Shown: positions 46,200-57,238, numbered from the stretch's first letter. The stretch: DNA of 64,000 bases from Escherichia coli (GCF_003334405.1 NZ_QOWM01000004.1), one strand, 5' to 3'. A program made the numbers and translations. Notes: generated by a model from the sequence alone, not told the origin.

Positions 46200-47102
46200 G
46201 TGAAAATTGCCATATTGTCCCGGGATGGAACGCTCTATTCGTGTAAGCGGCTGCGTGAAGCCGCTATACAGCGCGGTCACCTGGTTGAAATTCTTGATCC
46301 GCTTTCTTGCTACATGAACATAAATCCTGCGGCGTCTTCTATTCACTACAAAGGCCGCAAGTTACCCCATTTTGACGCAGTGATCCCGCGTATTGGCACC
46401 GCCATTACCTTTTATGGGACGGCGGCACTGCGCCAGTTCGAGATGCTGGGGAGCTATCCGCTCAATGAGTCGGTCGCCATTGCCCGGGCGCGTGACAAAT
46501 TGCGTTCCATGCAACTGCTGGCGCGTCAGGGCATCGACCTGCCTGTCACGGGCATTGCGCATTCGCCGGATGATACCAGCGATTTAATCGACATGGTCGG
46601 TGGTGCGCCGCTGGTGGTCAAGTTGGTTGAAGGCACGCAGGGAATTGGCGTCGTGCTGGCGGAGACGCGTCAGGCGGCGGAAAGCGTGATTGACGCTTTC
46701 CGCGGTCTGAACGCGCATATTCTGGTGCAGGAATATATCAAAGAGGCGCAAGGGTGCGATATCCGCTGTCTGGTTGTTGGCGATGAAGTGGTCGCTGCGA
46801 TTGAACGGCGGGCGAAAGAGGGCGATTTTCGTTCCAATTTGCATCGTGGCGGCGCGGCAAGCGTCGCCAGTATCACACCACAGGAGCGTGAAATCGCGAT
46901 AAAAGCCGCGCGAACGATGGCGCTGGACGTTGCTGGTGTGGATATTCTGCGTGCTAATCGCGGGCCGTTGGTGATGGAGGTGAATGCGTCGCCGGGGCTG
47001 GAAGGAATAGAAAAAACCACCGGTATCGACATCGCGGGTAAAATGATCCGCTGGATCGAACGCCACGCTACGACAGAATATTGCCTGAAAACGGGTGGTT
47101 AG
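46200..47102 (+). CDS. rimK: Ribosomal protein S6 glutamate ligase RimK (ATP-grasp)
   Basis: ORF track 46200..47102, 300 aa, (M)[26 protein letters not shown]...; GTG start. Confidence 0.93.
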   Translation: MKIAILSRDGTLYSCKRLREAAIQRGHLVEILDPLSCYMNINPAASSIHYKGRKLPHFDAVIPRIGTAITFYGTAALRQFEMLGSYPLNESVAIARARDKLRSMQLLARQGIDLPVTGIAHSPDDTSDLIDMVGGAPLVVKLVEGTQGIGVVLAETRQAAESVIDAFRGLNAHILVQEYIKEAQGCDIRCLVVGDEVVAAIERRAKEGDFRSNLHRGGAASVASITPQEREIAIKAARTMALDVAGVDILRANRGPLVMEVNASPGLEGIEKTTGIDIAGKMIRWIERHATTEYCLKTGG

Positions 47103-47189
47103 TCGCAATCACATTACTGATCATGGTTTTGCCTGCGCTTTTTGCGTAAGCTGTGCCGGTCTTTTTATCGAAAGAGGTTGTACAAAATT

Positions 47190-47666
47190 ATGACATCGCT
47201 GGTCGTTCCTGGTCTGGATACGCTGCGTCAATGGCTCGATGACCTGGGGATGAGTTTTTTTGAATGTGATAACTGTCAGGCTCTGCATCTGCCCCATATG
47301 CAGAATTTCGACGGTGTCTTTGATGCCAAAATCGATCTGATCGATAACACGATCCTGTTTTCTGCCATGGCGGAAGTCCGACCTTCAGCCGTATTGCCGC
47401 TGGCGGCGGATTTATCTGCCATCAATGCCAGTTCGCTGACCGTGAAAGCATTTCTTGATATGCAGGATGATAATCTGCCAAAGCTGGTGGTTTGCCAGTC
47501 TTTATCCGTTATGCAGGGCGTAACCTATGAGCAGTTTGCATGGTTCGTGCGTCAGAGCGAAGAGCAGATTTCGATGGTCATTCTTGAAGCTAATGCCCAT
47601 CAACTGCTGTTACCGACTGATGATGAAGGGCAAAACAACGTTACCGAAAACTATTTCCTCCACTGA
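47190..47666 (+). CDS. ybjN: Uncharacterised protein YbjN
   Basis: Known N-terminus MTSLVVPGLDTLRQWLDDLGMSFFECDNC at the ATG at 47190, 158 aa; track ORF 47142..47666. Confidence 0.88.
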   Translation: MTSLVVPGLDTLRQWLDDLGMSFFECDNCQALHLPHMQNFDGVFDAKIDLIDNTILFSAMAEVRPSAVLPLAADLSAINASSLTVKAFLDMQDDNLPKLVVCQSLSVMQGVTYEQFAWFVRQSEEQISMVILEANAHQLLLPTDDEGQNNVTENYFLH

Positions 47667-48016
47667 TAACTCCTTTCGAGCACGCAGTCGCTGGTGCAGT
47701 GGCTGCGCGCTGCAAAATTATCTGCTGTTTTTAACCTTTTCTTAAAGATTATTTCACTTCTCTTGTGTCGATTTGGCTTTATCACATAGAGCAAATATGC
47801 ATAAAAATTTGTTAAATACCGTTTTTTAATCCGAGCTATAGTCTCAAACCCTGGCTAAAGTTATTCTTGCGATGCTTTTATATAGCGAGCAGTGCTGGCC
47901 GGGAGAAAGTTCTCTTTTCTTACACCGCGCCGATAAAAAATATGCACGTTTATTGCATATCTTTCAGTGTGACAACTTTTGTTCGTTTGTTAACGAACTT
48001 TCAGAAGGAAAGAGAT

Positions 48017-49129
48017 ATGACCGCCTTAAATAAAAAATGGCTATCGGGTCTGGTTGCGGGTGCTCTGATGGCCGTCTCTGTCGGCACGCTCGCGGCTGAA
48101 CAAAAAACACTCCACATTTATAACTGGTCTGATTATATCGCCCCGGACACGGTGGCCAATTTTGAAAAAGAAACCGGTATTAAAGTCGTCTACGATGTTT
48201 TCGACTCTAACGAAGTACTGGAAGGCAAATTAATGGCCGGGAGTACCGGCTTTGATCTGGTGGTTCCATCTGCCAGCTTTCTGGAGCGCCAGTTGACTGC
48301 GGGAGTTTTCCAGCCGCTGGACAAAAGCAAATTGCCGGAGTGGAAGAATCTCGACCCGGAACTGCTGAAGCTGGTCGCCAAACACGATCCCGACAATAAA
48401 TTTGCTATGCCCTATATGTGGGCGACGACCGGGATTGGCTATAACGTTGATAAAGTTAAAGCGGTGCTGGGCGAAAACGCGCCCGTCGATAGCTGGGACT
48501 TGATCCTCAAACCTGAAAATCTGGAAAAACTGAAAAGCTGCGGTGTCTCTTTCCTGGATGCGCCAGAAGAAGTTTTTGCTACCGTGTTGAATTATCTCGG
48601 CAAAGATCCCAACAGCACTAAAGCGGATGATTACACCGGACCGGCAACAGATCTGCTGTTAAAGCTGCGCCCGAACATTCGTTATTTCCATTCATCTCAA
48701 TACATTAACGACCTGGCAAACGGCGATATTTGCGTCGCTATCGGCTGGGCAGGTGATGTCTGGCAGGCGTCAAACCGCGCGAAGGAAGCGAAGAATGGCG
48801 TGAATGTCTCGTTCTCGATTCCAAAAGAAGGGGCGATGGCGTTCTTTGATGTATTCGCCATGCCTGCGGATGCCAAAAACAAAGACGAAGCCTATCAGTT
48901 CCTGAATTACCTGCTGCGCCCGGATGTAGTAGCGCATATTTCCGACCATGTGTTCTATGCCAACGCCAATAAAGCAGCCACGCCGCTGGTGAGTGCGGAA
49001 GTCCGTGAGAACCCAGGTATTTATCCGCCTGCGGATGTTCGTGCGAAGCTGTTCACTCTGAAAGTGCAGGATCCGAAAATCGACCGTGTGCGCACCCGCG
49101 CGTGGACCAAAGTGAAGAGCGGAAAATAA
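48017..49129 (+). CDS. potF: Periplasmic putrescine-binding protein PotF
   Basis: ATG at 48017 gives MTALNKKWLSGLVAGALMAVSVGTLA signal peptide, 370 aa; track ORF 47867..49129 is extended upstream. Confidence 0.93.
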   Translation: MTALNKKWLSGLVAGALMAVSVGTLAAEQKTLHIYNWSDYIAPDTVANFEKETGIKVVYDVFDSNEVLEGKLMAGSTGFDLVVPSASFLERQLTAGVFQPLDKSKLPEWKNLDPELLKLVAKHDPDNKFAMPYMWATTGIGYNVDKVKAVLGENAPVDSWDLILKPENLEKLKSCGVSFLDAPEEVFATVLNYLGKDPNSTKADDYTGPATDLLLKLRPNIRYFHSSQYINDLANGDICVAIGWAGDVWQASNRAKEAKNGVNVSFSIPKEGAMAFFDVFAMPADAKNKDEAYQFLNYLLRPDVVAHISDHVFYANANKAATPLVSAEVRENPGIYPPADVRAKLFTLKVQDPKIDRVRTRAWTKVKSGK

Positions 49130-49223
49130 TCCGCAGTCGTAGATGCCGGAGGGGCGCACCACACCCGCCGGCAATTCGCACCATTATGGTGCGCTTGCAC
49201 ACATTCAATGCCGGAGAGCAGCC

Positions 49224-50357
49224 GTGAATGACGCTATCCCTCGCCCGCAGGCGAAAACCCGTAAGGCGCTGACGCCGCTATTAGAAATCCGCAACCTGAC
49301 CAAATCCTACGATGGTCAACATGCGGTGGATGATGTCAGCCTGACCATCTACAAAGGTGAAATCTTCGCGCTGCTGGGCGCATCCGGCTGTGGCAAGTCC
49401 ACGCTGCTGCGTATGCTGGCAGGTTTCGAACAACCTTCTGCCGGACAGATAATGCTTGATGGCGTCGATTTGTCACAGGTTCCGCCTTACCTGCGCCCCA
49501 TCAATATGATGTTTCAGTCTTACGCGCTGTTTCCGCATATGACCGTGGAACAGAACATCGCTTTTGGCCTGAAACAGGACAAACTACCGAAAGCGGAAAT
49601 TGCCAGCCGGGTCAATGAGATGCTCGGCCTGGTGCATATGCAGGAGTTCGCCAAACGCAAACCGCATCAGCTTTCCGGTGGTCAGCGACAACGTGTGGCC
49701 CTGGCCCGAAGCCTTGCGAAGCGCCCGAAACTATTACTGCTCGATGAGCCGATGGGCGCGCTGGATAAAAAGCTGCGTGACCGGATGCAGCTTGAAGTGG
49801 TGGATATTCTGGAGCGCGTCGGTGTGACTTGTGTGATGGTCACCCACGATCAGGAAGAGGCGATGACCATGGCGGGGCGCATCGCCATTATGAATCGTGG
49901 GAAATTTGTCCAGATTGGCGAACCGGAAGAGATCTACGAGCATCCGACTACCCGCTATAGCGCCGAATTTATTGGCTCGGTAAACGTCTTTGAAGGCGTA
50001 CTCAAAGAGCGTCAGGAAGATGGCCTGGTGCTTGATTCGCCGGGGCTGGTGCATCCACTGAAAGTCGACGCGGATGCCTCGGTGGTCGATAACGTGCCGG
50101 TACATGTGGCGCTGCGCCCGGAAAAAATCATGCTTTGCGAAGAGCCGCCCGCCAATGGTTGTAACTTCGCGGTGGGGGAGGTGATACACATTGCCTATCT
50201 CGGCGATCTTTCGGTGTATCACGTTCGTCTGAAAAGTGGGCAGATGATTAGCGCCCAGCTACAAAACGCCCATCGTCATCGTAAAGGGTTACCGACCTGG
50301 GGCGACGAAGTGCGTTTGTGCTGGGAAGTGGACAGCTGTGTGGTGCTGACGGTTTAA
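49224..50357 (+). CDS. potG: Putrescine ABC transporter ATP-binding protein PotG
   Basis: GTG at 49224 gives (M)NDAIPRPQAKTRKALTPLLEIRNL..., Walker A GASGCGKST, 377 aa; track ORF 49143..50357. Confidence 0.88.
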   Translation: MNDAIPRPQAKTRKALTPLLEIRNLTKSYDGQHAVDDVSLTIYKGEIFALLGASGCGKSTLLRMLAGFEQPSAGQIMLDGVDLSQVPPYLRPINMMFQSYALFPHMTVEQNIAFGLKQDKLPKAEIASRVNEMLGLVHMQEFAKRKPHQLSGGQRQRVALARSLAKRPKLLLLDEPMGALDKKLRDRMQLEVVDILERVGVTCVMVTHDQEEAMTMAGRIAIMNRGKFVQIGEPEEIYEHPTTRYSAEFIGSVNVFEGVLKERQEDGLVLDSPGLVHPLKVDADASVVDNVPVHVALRPEKIMLCEEPPANGCNFAVGEVIHIAYLGDLSVYHVRLKSGQMISAQLQNAHRHRKGLPTWGDEVRLCWEVDSCVVLTV

Positions 50358-50366
50358 GGAGCAAAG

Positions 50367-51320
50367 ATGAGTACACTTGAACCTGCTGCCCAGTCGAAAC
50401 CGCCGGGCGGATTTAAGCTGTGGTTGTCGCAGCTGCAAATGAAGCATGGGCGCAAACTGGTCATTGCGTTGCCATATATCTGGTTGATCTTGCTGTTTCT
50501 GCTGCCATTTCTGATTGTCTTTAAAATAAGCCTGGCGGAGATGGCGCGCGCTATTCCACCTTATACCGAACTGATGGAGTGGGCTGACGGGCAACTGTCC
50601 ATCACTCTTAATCTCGGTAATTTTCTGCAACTGACCGACGATCCGCTCTATTTCGATGCTTATCTCCAGTCGCTACAGGTGGCTGCGATTTCGACATTTT
50701 GCTGTTTACTGATCGGCTATCCGCTGGCGTGGGCGGTGGCGCACAGTAAGCCTTCGACCCGTAATATTTTATTACTACTGGTGATCCTGCCGTCGTGGAC
50801 CTCGTTTCTGATCCGCGTTTATGCCTGGATGGGAATATTAAAAAACAACGGTGTGCTGAATAATTTTCTGCTGTGGCTGGGGGTTATCGATCAACCGCTG
50901 ACCATTCTGCATACCAATCTGGCCGTTTATATCGGCATTGTTTACGCTTACGTGCCGTTTATGGTACTGCCGATTTATACCGCGTTGATTCGTATTGATT
51001 ATTCGCTGGTGGAAGCAGCGCTGGATCTCGGTGCACGACCGCTGAAAACGTTCTTTACTGTGATCGTGCCGCTGACTAAAGGTGGGATTATTGCCGGATC
51101 GATGCTGGTGTTTATCCCGGCTGTGGGCGAGTTTGTGATCCCGGAACTGCTCGGTGGCCCGGACAGCATCATGATCGGGCGCGTGCTATGGCAAGAGTTT
51201 TTCAATAACCGCGACTGGCCGGTGGCCTCGGCGGTAGCGATCATCATGTTGCTGCTGCTAATTGTGCCGATAATGTGGTTCCACAAACACCAGCAAAAAA
51301 GCGTGGGAGAACACGGATGA
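50367..51320 (+). CDS. potH: Putrescine ABC transporter permease PotH
   Basis: ORF track 50367..51320, 317 aa permease. Confidence 0.93.
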   Translation: MSTLEPAAQSKPPGGFKLWLSQLQMKHGRKLVIALPYIWLILLFLLPFLIVFKISLAEMARAIPPYTELMEWADGQLSITLNLGNFLQLTDDPLYFDAYLQSLQVAAISTFCCLLIGYPLAWAVAHSKPSTRNILLLLVILPSWTSFLIRVYAWMGILKNNGVLNNFLLWLGVIDQPLTILHTNLAVYIGIVYAYVPFMVLPIYTALIRIDYSLVEAALDLGARPLKTFFTVIVPLTKGGIIAGSMLVFIPAVGEFVIPELLGGPDSIMIGRVLWQEFFNNRDWPVASAVAIIMLLLLIVPIMWFHKHQQKSVGEHG

Positions 51321-52162
51321 ATAATTTACCGGTAGTTCGTTCGCCCTGGCGGATTGTGATTTTGCTGCTGGGCTTTACCTTTCTCTACGCGCCAATGCTG
51401 ATGCTGGTTATCTATTCGTTTAACAGCTCGAAGCTGGTGACGGTGTGGGCCGGCTGGTCAACGCGCTGGTATGGTGAGTTATTGCGCGATGACGCGATGA
51501 TGAGTGCGGTTGGTTTAAGTCTGACAATTGCGGCCTGTGCGGCGACGGCGGCGGCGATCCTCGGAACTATTGCGGCGGTGGTGCTGGTGCGCTTTGGCAG
51601 GTTTCGCGGATCAAATGGCTTTGCCTTTATGATCACCGCGCCGCTGGTAATGCCAGATGTCATCACGGGCTTGTCGCTGTTGTTATTATTCGTCGCGCTT
51701 GCTCATGCCATTGGCTGGCCTGCGGACCGCGGTATGCTCACCATCTGGCTGGCGCATGTCACTTTTTGTACGGCTTATGTGGCGGTCGTTATTTCTTCAA
51801 GATTGCGGGAACTGGATCGCTCGATAGAAGAAGCAGCGATGGATCTCGGTGCGACGCCGCTGAAAGTGTTTTTCGTCATTACGCTACCGATGATCATGCC
51901 CGCGATCATTTCTGGCTGGTTACTGGCTTTTACTTTGTCGCTTGATGATCTGGTGATCGCCAGCTTTGTTTCCGGGCCGGGAGCCACCACGTTACCGATG
52001 CTGGTCTTTTCCAGCGTGCGGATGGGGGTGAATCCGGAAATCAACGCCCTGGCAACATTGATCCTCGGCGCGGTCGGAATTGTCGGATTTATCGCCTGGT
52101 ATCTGATGGCTCGCGCAGAAAAACAGCGGATACGCGACATCCAGCGTGCAAGACGTGGCTGA
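51317..52162 (+). CDS. potI: Putrescine ABC transporter permease PotI
   Basis: Known N-terminus MNNLPVVRSPWRIVILLL at the ATG at 51317 (ATGA overlap with potH), 281 aa. Confidence 0.92.
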   Translation: MNNLPVVRSPWRIVILLLGFTFLYAPMLMLVIYSFNSSKLVTVWAGWSTRWYGELLRDDAMMSAVGLSLTIAACAATAAAILGTIAAVVLVRFGRFRGSNGFAFMITAPLVMPDVITGLSLLLLFVALAHAIGWPADRGMLTIWLAHVTFCTAYVAVVISSRLRELDRSIEEAAMDLGATPLKVFFVITLPMIMPAIISGWLLAFTLSLDDLVIASFVSGPGATTLPMLVFSSVRMGVNPEINALATLILGAVGIVGFIAWYLMARAEKQRIRDIQRARRG

Positions 52163-52221
52163 AGACACTAAAATTTGCCAACCTGGCTACATAATGCCGC
52201 GCATGTCGCGGCATTGTTTTC

Positions 52222-52710
52222 ATGGAAGACGAAACGTTGGGATTTTTTAAGAAAACATCTTCATCTCATGCTCGCCTGAATGTGCCTGCGCTGGTGCAGG
52301 TGGCGGCGCTCGCCATTATTATGATCCGTGGCCTCGACGTGCTGATGATTTTCAATACGCTGGGCGTGCGCGGTATTGGCGAGTTCATTCATCGCAGCGT
52401 ACAAACCTGGAGTTTAACGCTGGTCTTTTTAAGCAGTCTGGTGCTGGTTTTCATTGAGATCTGGTGTGCGTTTTCACTGGTGAAAGGGCGTCGCTGGGCG
52501 CGCTGGCTATATCTGCTGACACAAATCACCGCCGCAAGTTACTTGTGGGCGGCTTCGCTGGGGTACGGTTATCCGGAGCTGTTCAGCATTCCCGGTGAAT
52601 CAAAACGTGAAATCTTCCATAGCCTGATGCTGCAGAAGCTGCCGGATATGCTCATCCTGATGCTGCTGTTCGTTCCCTCGACCAGTCGGCGGTTCTTCCA
52701 GTTGCAATAA
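52222..52710 (+). CDS. ybjO: Inner membrane protein YbjO (DUF2593)
   Basis: ORF track 52222..52710, 162 aa. Confidence 0.82.
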   Translation: MEDETLGFFKKTSSSHARLNVPALVQVAALAIIMIRGLDVLMIFNTLGVRGIGEFIHRSVQTWSLTLVFLSSLVLVFIEIWCAFSLVKGRRWARWLYLLTQITAASYLWAASLGYGYPELFSIPGESKREIFHSLMLQKLPDMLILMLLFVPSTSRRFFQLQ

Positions 52711-52750
52711 TGTGTATAATCGTCGCCCCTGATGATGTGAAGGTCAATGT

Positions 52751-53878
52751 ATGCAGTGCGCACTTTACGACGCGGGTCGCTGTCGTTCCTGTCAGTGGAT
52801 AATGCAGCCGATTCCAGAGCAACTCTCCGCTAAAACCGCCGATCTTAAAAATCTGCTCGCCGACTTTCCGGTTGAGGAATGGTGCGCGCCGGTGTCAGGC
52901 CCGGAACAAGGGTTTCGTAATAAAGCCAAAATGGTGGTGAGTGGTAGCGTTGAAAAACCACTGCTCGGTATGCTGCATCGCGATGGCACACCAGAAGACC
53001 TTTGTGACTGCCCGCTTTATCCTGCCTCATTTGCGCCCGTTTTTGCGGCGCTAAAACCGTTTATCGCCCGAGCGGGGTTAACGCCCTACAACGTGGCGCG
53101 TAAGCGTGGCGAACTGAAATACATTCTGCTGACTGAAAGCCAGAGTGATGGAGGCATGATGCTGCGCTTTGTACTGCGTTCTGATACCAAGCTGGCGCAA
53201 CTGCGTAAGGCGCTGCCGTGGTTACACGAACAACTACCGCAGCTGAAAGTTATTACCGTCAATATTCAGCCGGTACATATGGCGATTATGGAAGGGGAGA
53301 CGGAGATCTACCTGACCGAACAACAGGCACTGGCGGAGCGTTTTAATGACGTACCGCTGTGGATCCGTCCGCAAAGTTTCTTCCAGACTAATCCGGCGGT
53401 CGCCAGCCAGTTGTACGCCACCGCGCGCGACTGGGTACGACAGCTGCCGGTTAAACATATGTGGGATCTGTTCTGCGGTGTGGGGGGCTTTGGTTTACAC
53501 TGCGCGACGCCTGACATGCAGTTAACCGGGATCGAAATTGCATCAGAGGCCATTGCCTGTGCAAAGCAGTCAGCCGCTGAACTGGGCTTAACGCGTTTGC
53601 AATTTCAGGCGCTGGACTCCACTCAGTTTGCCACCGCTCAGGGGGATGTGCCGGAGCTGGTGCTGGTTAACCCGCCGCGCCGCGGCATTGGTAAACCGCT
53701 GTGTGATTATCTCTCAACGATGGCACCGCGTTTTATCATCTACTCCAGCTGTAACGCCCAAACTATGGCGAAAGATATCCGCGAACTGCCTGGGTTTCGT
53801 ATTGAACGGGTGCAGCTTTTCGATATGTTCCCGCATACCGCGCACTATGAAGTGCTGACGCTGCTGGTGAAGCAATAA
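52751..53878 (+). CDS. rlmC: 23S rRNA (uracil747-C5)-methyltransferase RlmC (RumB)
   Basis: ORF track 52751..53878, 375 aa, N-terminal Cys cluster (CxxxxxxCxxC) and SAM-MTase motifs. Confidence 0.93.
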
Positions 53879-53899
53879 AAAAGCCGCATGTGCGGCTTC
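53874..53899 (-). terminator. Stem-loop with A-tract at the rlmC stop (reads as a hairpin plus U-tract on the minus strand)
   Basis: AAAAAAGCCGCATGTGCGGCTT: hairpin preceded by A6 on the plus strand. Confidence 0.55.
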
Positions 53900-53927
53900 A
53901 GATTGCTGACAAAGTGCGCGTTGTTTA

Positions 53928-54027
<100 letters not shown>

Positions 54028-54076
54028 ATTTTACCTTTGTCATCAGTCTCAAGCCGCGGTTGCGGCTTTCTGAATC

Positions 54077-54808
54077 TTACTGTGGGAACCACTGGTCACT
54101 GATTTTTTGATAAGTACCGTCAGCTTTAATTGCTGCCAGCGCGTTATTCAGTTTTTCCAGCAGGGCTTTGTTATCCGGACGTACAGCGATGCCCAGGCCG
54201 GTGCCAAAATATTGCGGATCGGTCACTTTCTCAGTAGCAACACCAAGTTGTGGATTGGTTTTCAGCCATTCGTTTACCACCGCTGTGTCACCAAATACCC
54301 CATCAATACGACCATTTTTCAGATCGATAAAGGCATTCTGATAACTGTCATAAGAGACAGTTTTCACTTCCGGGTGCTGATCCTGAATATATTTCTGGTG
54401 CGTAGTACCGTTTTCCATCCCAATACGTTTGCCTTTCAGATCGGCAAACGTTTTGTAGGTATCTTTTTTGGCAATCACGACGGCTGAGTTTTCATAGTAG
54501 GGCGTGGTAAACGATACCTGTTTGCTACGCTCCGGGGTGATATCCATACCGGAGATTACGGCGTCATATTTTCTGAATTTCAGGGACGGGATCAGGCTGT
54601 CGAACGCGTGATTAGTAAAAGTACATTCTGCCTGCATTTGTTTGCACAAGGCTTTTGCCAGATCGATATCAAAGCCGACAATCTCATTATTAGCACCTAT
54701 AGATTCAAAGGGTGGATAGGTGGCTGAAACGCCAAAATTGATTTTCTCTGCGGCAGAAGCACCGAAAGTAAAGGAAGCAAGTAAAGCGGCAAGAACTAAC
54801 TTTTTCAT
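54077..54808 (-). CDS. artJ: Periplasmic arginine-binding protein ArtJ
   Basis: Known N-terminus MKKLVLAALLASFTFGASA at the ATG at 54806-54808, 243 aa; track ORF 54077..54859. Confidence 0.93.
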   Translation of the reverse strand: MKKLVLAALLASFTFGASAAEKINFGVSATYPPFESIGANNEIVGFDIDLAKALCKQMQAECTFTNHAFDSLIPSLKFRKYDAVISGMDITPERSKQVSFTTPYYENSAVVIAKKDTYKTFADLKGKRIGMENGTTHQKYIQDQHPEVKTVSYDSYQNAFIDLKNGRIDGVFGDTAVVNEWLKTNPQLGVATEKVTDPQYFGTGLGIAVRPDNKALLEKLNNALAAIKADGTYQKISDQWFPQ

Positions 54809-54921
54809 GATGGAACTCCCGTCTGTCAATCTTATGATTTTTGGCCGTGTCTGCGGCATGGGATAACAATGCCATCAAGTGAATTTATATGCAATAAACA
54901 TGATTAAATAATTTAAATGAA

Positions 54922-54957
54922 ATAAAAAAGACGGACAACTTAGTGGGTTGTCCGTCT
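54922..54957 (-). terminator. Rho-independent terminator at the end of the artPIQM transcript
   Basis: Minus strand: GACGGACAAC-CCACTAA-GTTGTCCGTC followed by TTTTTTATT. Confidence 0.7.
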
Positions 54958-54980
54958 TCATTATAAGAATTTATGCACTA

Positions 54981-55069
54981 TGTAGGCCGGATAAGGCGTC
55001 CCCGCCGCATCCGGCACAGGCACCGTGCTGATGTCTGATGCGACGCTGGCGCGTCTTATCAGACCTACA
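54981..55069. repeat. REP/BIME cluster downstream of artM
   Basis: TGTAGGCCGGATAAGGCGTCCCCGCCGCATCCGGCA and GATGCGACGCTGGCGCGTCTTATCAGACCTACA REP units. Confidence 0.8.
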
Positions 55070-55098
55070 AAACCCCCCGGCGAATGTACGCAGCCACA

Positions 55099-55767
55099 TT
55101 AATTTCGCCGTTCGAATGCCAGCGCTTTGCGCTCGATCAGACGCATCATCAGCGTCAGCAGGCCGTTAACGACCAGGTAAATAATCCCTGCCGCACCGAA
55201 CACCATTACATCGTAGGTGCGTCCGTACAACAACTGGCTGTATCCCATCACTTCCATCAGCGTAATGGTGTATGCCAGAGAGGTACTTTTGAATACCAGC
55301 ACCACTTCGTTGGAATAAGAAGAGAGCGAGCGTTTAAAGGCATACGGCAGCAGGATCGCCAGCGTATCTTTTTTGCTCATTCCCAGGGCGCTACAGGACT
55401 GCCACTGACCTTCCGGGATCGCACGAATTGCACCGTAAAACAGCTGCGTGGTATACGCCGCACTATTCAGCGACAACGCAATCAGCGCACATAACCACGG
55501 TTCTGACAACAAATGCCACAGTGCCGGATACTCCTGCAAAGTCGGAAACTGGCCCGGCCCGTAATAAATCAGGAAGATCTGCACCAGCAGCGGCGTACCG
55601 GTAAACAGCGTGATATAACCCCGCACCAGCCACACCAGCACCGGCGTTTTCAGCGTCAGGATGATGGTAAAAATCAATGCCAGAATCAGTGCCACAATCA
55701 GCGAGGCAACGGTTAGCGTCAGGCTGGTGTGTAGCCCTTTCATCAGTTCGGGTAAATACTCAAACAT
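55099..55767 (-). CDS. artM: Arginine ABC transporter permease ArtM
   Basis: ORF track 55099..55767 (-), 222 aa. Confidence 0.93.
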   Translation of the reverse strand: MFEYLPELMKGLHTSLTLTVASLIVALILALIFTIILTLKTPVLVWLVRGYITLFTGTPLLVQIFLIYYGPGQFPTLQEYPALWHLLSEPWLCALIALSLNSAAYTTQLFYGAIRAIPEGQWQSCSALGMSKKDTLAILLPYAFKRSLSSYSNEVVLVFKSTSLAYTITLMEVMGYSQLLYGRTYDVMVFGAAGIIYLVVNGLLTLMMRLIERKALAFERRN

Positions 55768-56483
55768 TAGCTGGGCCTCCGCTCAAAACGTGTCGCGCGC
55801 AGGTCAATGCGTTTGAGAATGTACTGACTGAGCAGGGTGATCACCAGGTAAATCGCCGCCGCCACAATGTACCAGGTAAATGGTTCCTGGGTACGAGTAG
55901 CGATGCTTTTTGTTTGCAGCATTAAATCATTCACACTAATCAAACTGACCAGCGCGGTATCTTTCAGCAGCACCAGCCACTGGTTACCGAGGCCAGGCAG
56001 CGCATGACGCCACATCTGCGGCATCACCAGACGGAAAAAGATAGCCGATTTCGACAGCCCCAGCGCCTGACCAGACTCCCACTGACCCACCGGCACCGCT
56101 TTCAACGCGCCCCGAAGCGTTTGCGAGGCATAGGCGGCATACAGCAGTGACAGAGCGATGACACCACAAAGGAACGGGCTAACGTCGAAGTTCTCAATGT
56201 CCATCTGCACTGGGATCTGCACGAACCCAAGATTGATAGTGAAGCCATCCGAAAGCGTCAGCAGCAGCTGCGAGGAGCCAAAATAGATAAACAGCACCAC
56301 CAGAATTTCTGGCAGGCCACGCAGAATGGTTACCAGCGCTGAACCTGCCCACGCGACAGGACGCCATTTTGCCGACTCCCATACCGCAAAGAACATCGCC
56401 AGCGCCAGCCCGACAATCAATGCACAAACGGCAAGGCCGACGGTCATCCCGGCGGCGCTTGCTAAAGGAAAAAATTCATTCAT
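55767..56483 (-). CDS. artQ: Arginine ABC transporter permease ArtQ
   Basis: ORF track 55767..56483 (-), 238 aa; stop shares a nucleotide with the artM start. Confidence 0.93.
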
Positions 56484-56489
56484 CAGGAA

Positions 56490-57221
56490 TTACTTCTGGA
56501 ACCATTTGTTGTAGATGGTTTCGTAAGTGCCATCTTTCTTCACTTTTTCCAGCGCAGTGTTGAGTTTCTGCTGCAGCTCAGTGTTGCCCTGACGTACCGC
56601 GATGCCGAGGCCAGTGCCGAAGTAATCTTTATCGGTCACTTTGTCGCCCACCGCCGCCAGTTTCGGGTTATCTTTCAGCCACTCAGTGACCACTGCGGTG
56701 TCACCGAAGACGCCGTCGATACGCCCGTTTTGCAGATCCAGTTTTGCGTTCTGGTAGCTGTCATACGGAACGGTAGTGATTTCCGGGTGCTTATCCATAA
56801 TGAATTTCTGGTGTGTCGTCCCGTTCTGTACGCCGACTTTTTTGCCTTTCAGCTGATCAACACTGGTGTATTTGCCTTGCTGACCCACAAACAGGGCAGA
56901 GTTGTCATAGTACGGGGTGGTAAACAGCACCTGCTTTTCACGCTCCGGAGTGATATCCATGCCCGCCATCACGGCTTCTACGCGACGGAATTTCAGGCTT
57001 GGGATCAGGCTGTCAAACGCCTGGTTAGAGAAAGTGCAGGTTGCATCAATCTCTTTACACAGCGCTTGTGCCAGGTCGACGTCAAAACCAACGATCTGGT
57101 TGTTTGCATCAATCGATTCAAACGGAGGATAGGAGGCTTCGGTAGCAAAACGAATGGTTTCGGCAGCTGTGGCGGAAAGACTAAAACCTGCAATTAACGC
57201 GGCAATCAGAACTTTTTTCAT
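56490..57221 (-). CDS. artI: Periplasmic arginine-binding protein ArtI
   Basis: ORF track 56490..57221 (-), 243 aa, MKKVLIAALIAGFSLSATA signal peptide; paralogue of ArtJ. Confidence 0.93.
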   Translation of the reverse strand: MKKVLIAALIAGFSLSATAAETIRFATEASYPPFESIDANNQIVGFDVDLAQALCKEIDATCTFSNQAFDSLIPSLKFRRVEAVMAGMDITPEREKQVLFTTPYYDNSALFVGQQGKYTSVDQLKGKKVGVQNGTTHQKFIMDKHPEITTVPYDSYQNAKLDLQNGRIDGVFGDTAVVTEWLKDNPKLAAVGDKVTDKDYFGTGLGIAVRQGNTELQQKLNTALEKVKKDGTYETIYNKWFQK

Positions 57222-57238
57222 TGTTGTTATCCCGAATC

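Noticed and set aside
46584-47108. 174-aa minus-strand ORF antisense to rimK
   Set aside because: Antisense to rimK with low-complexity translation.
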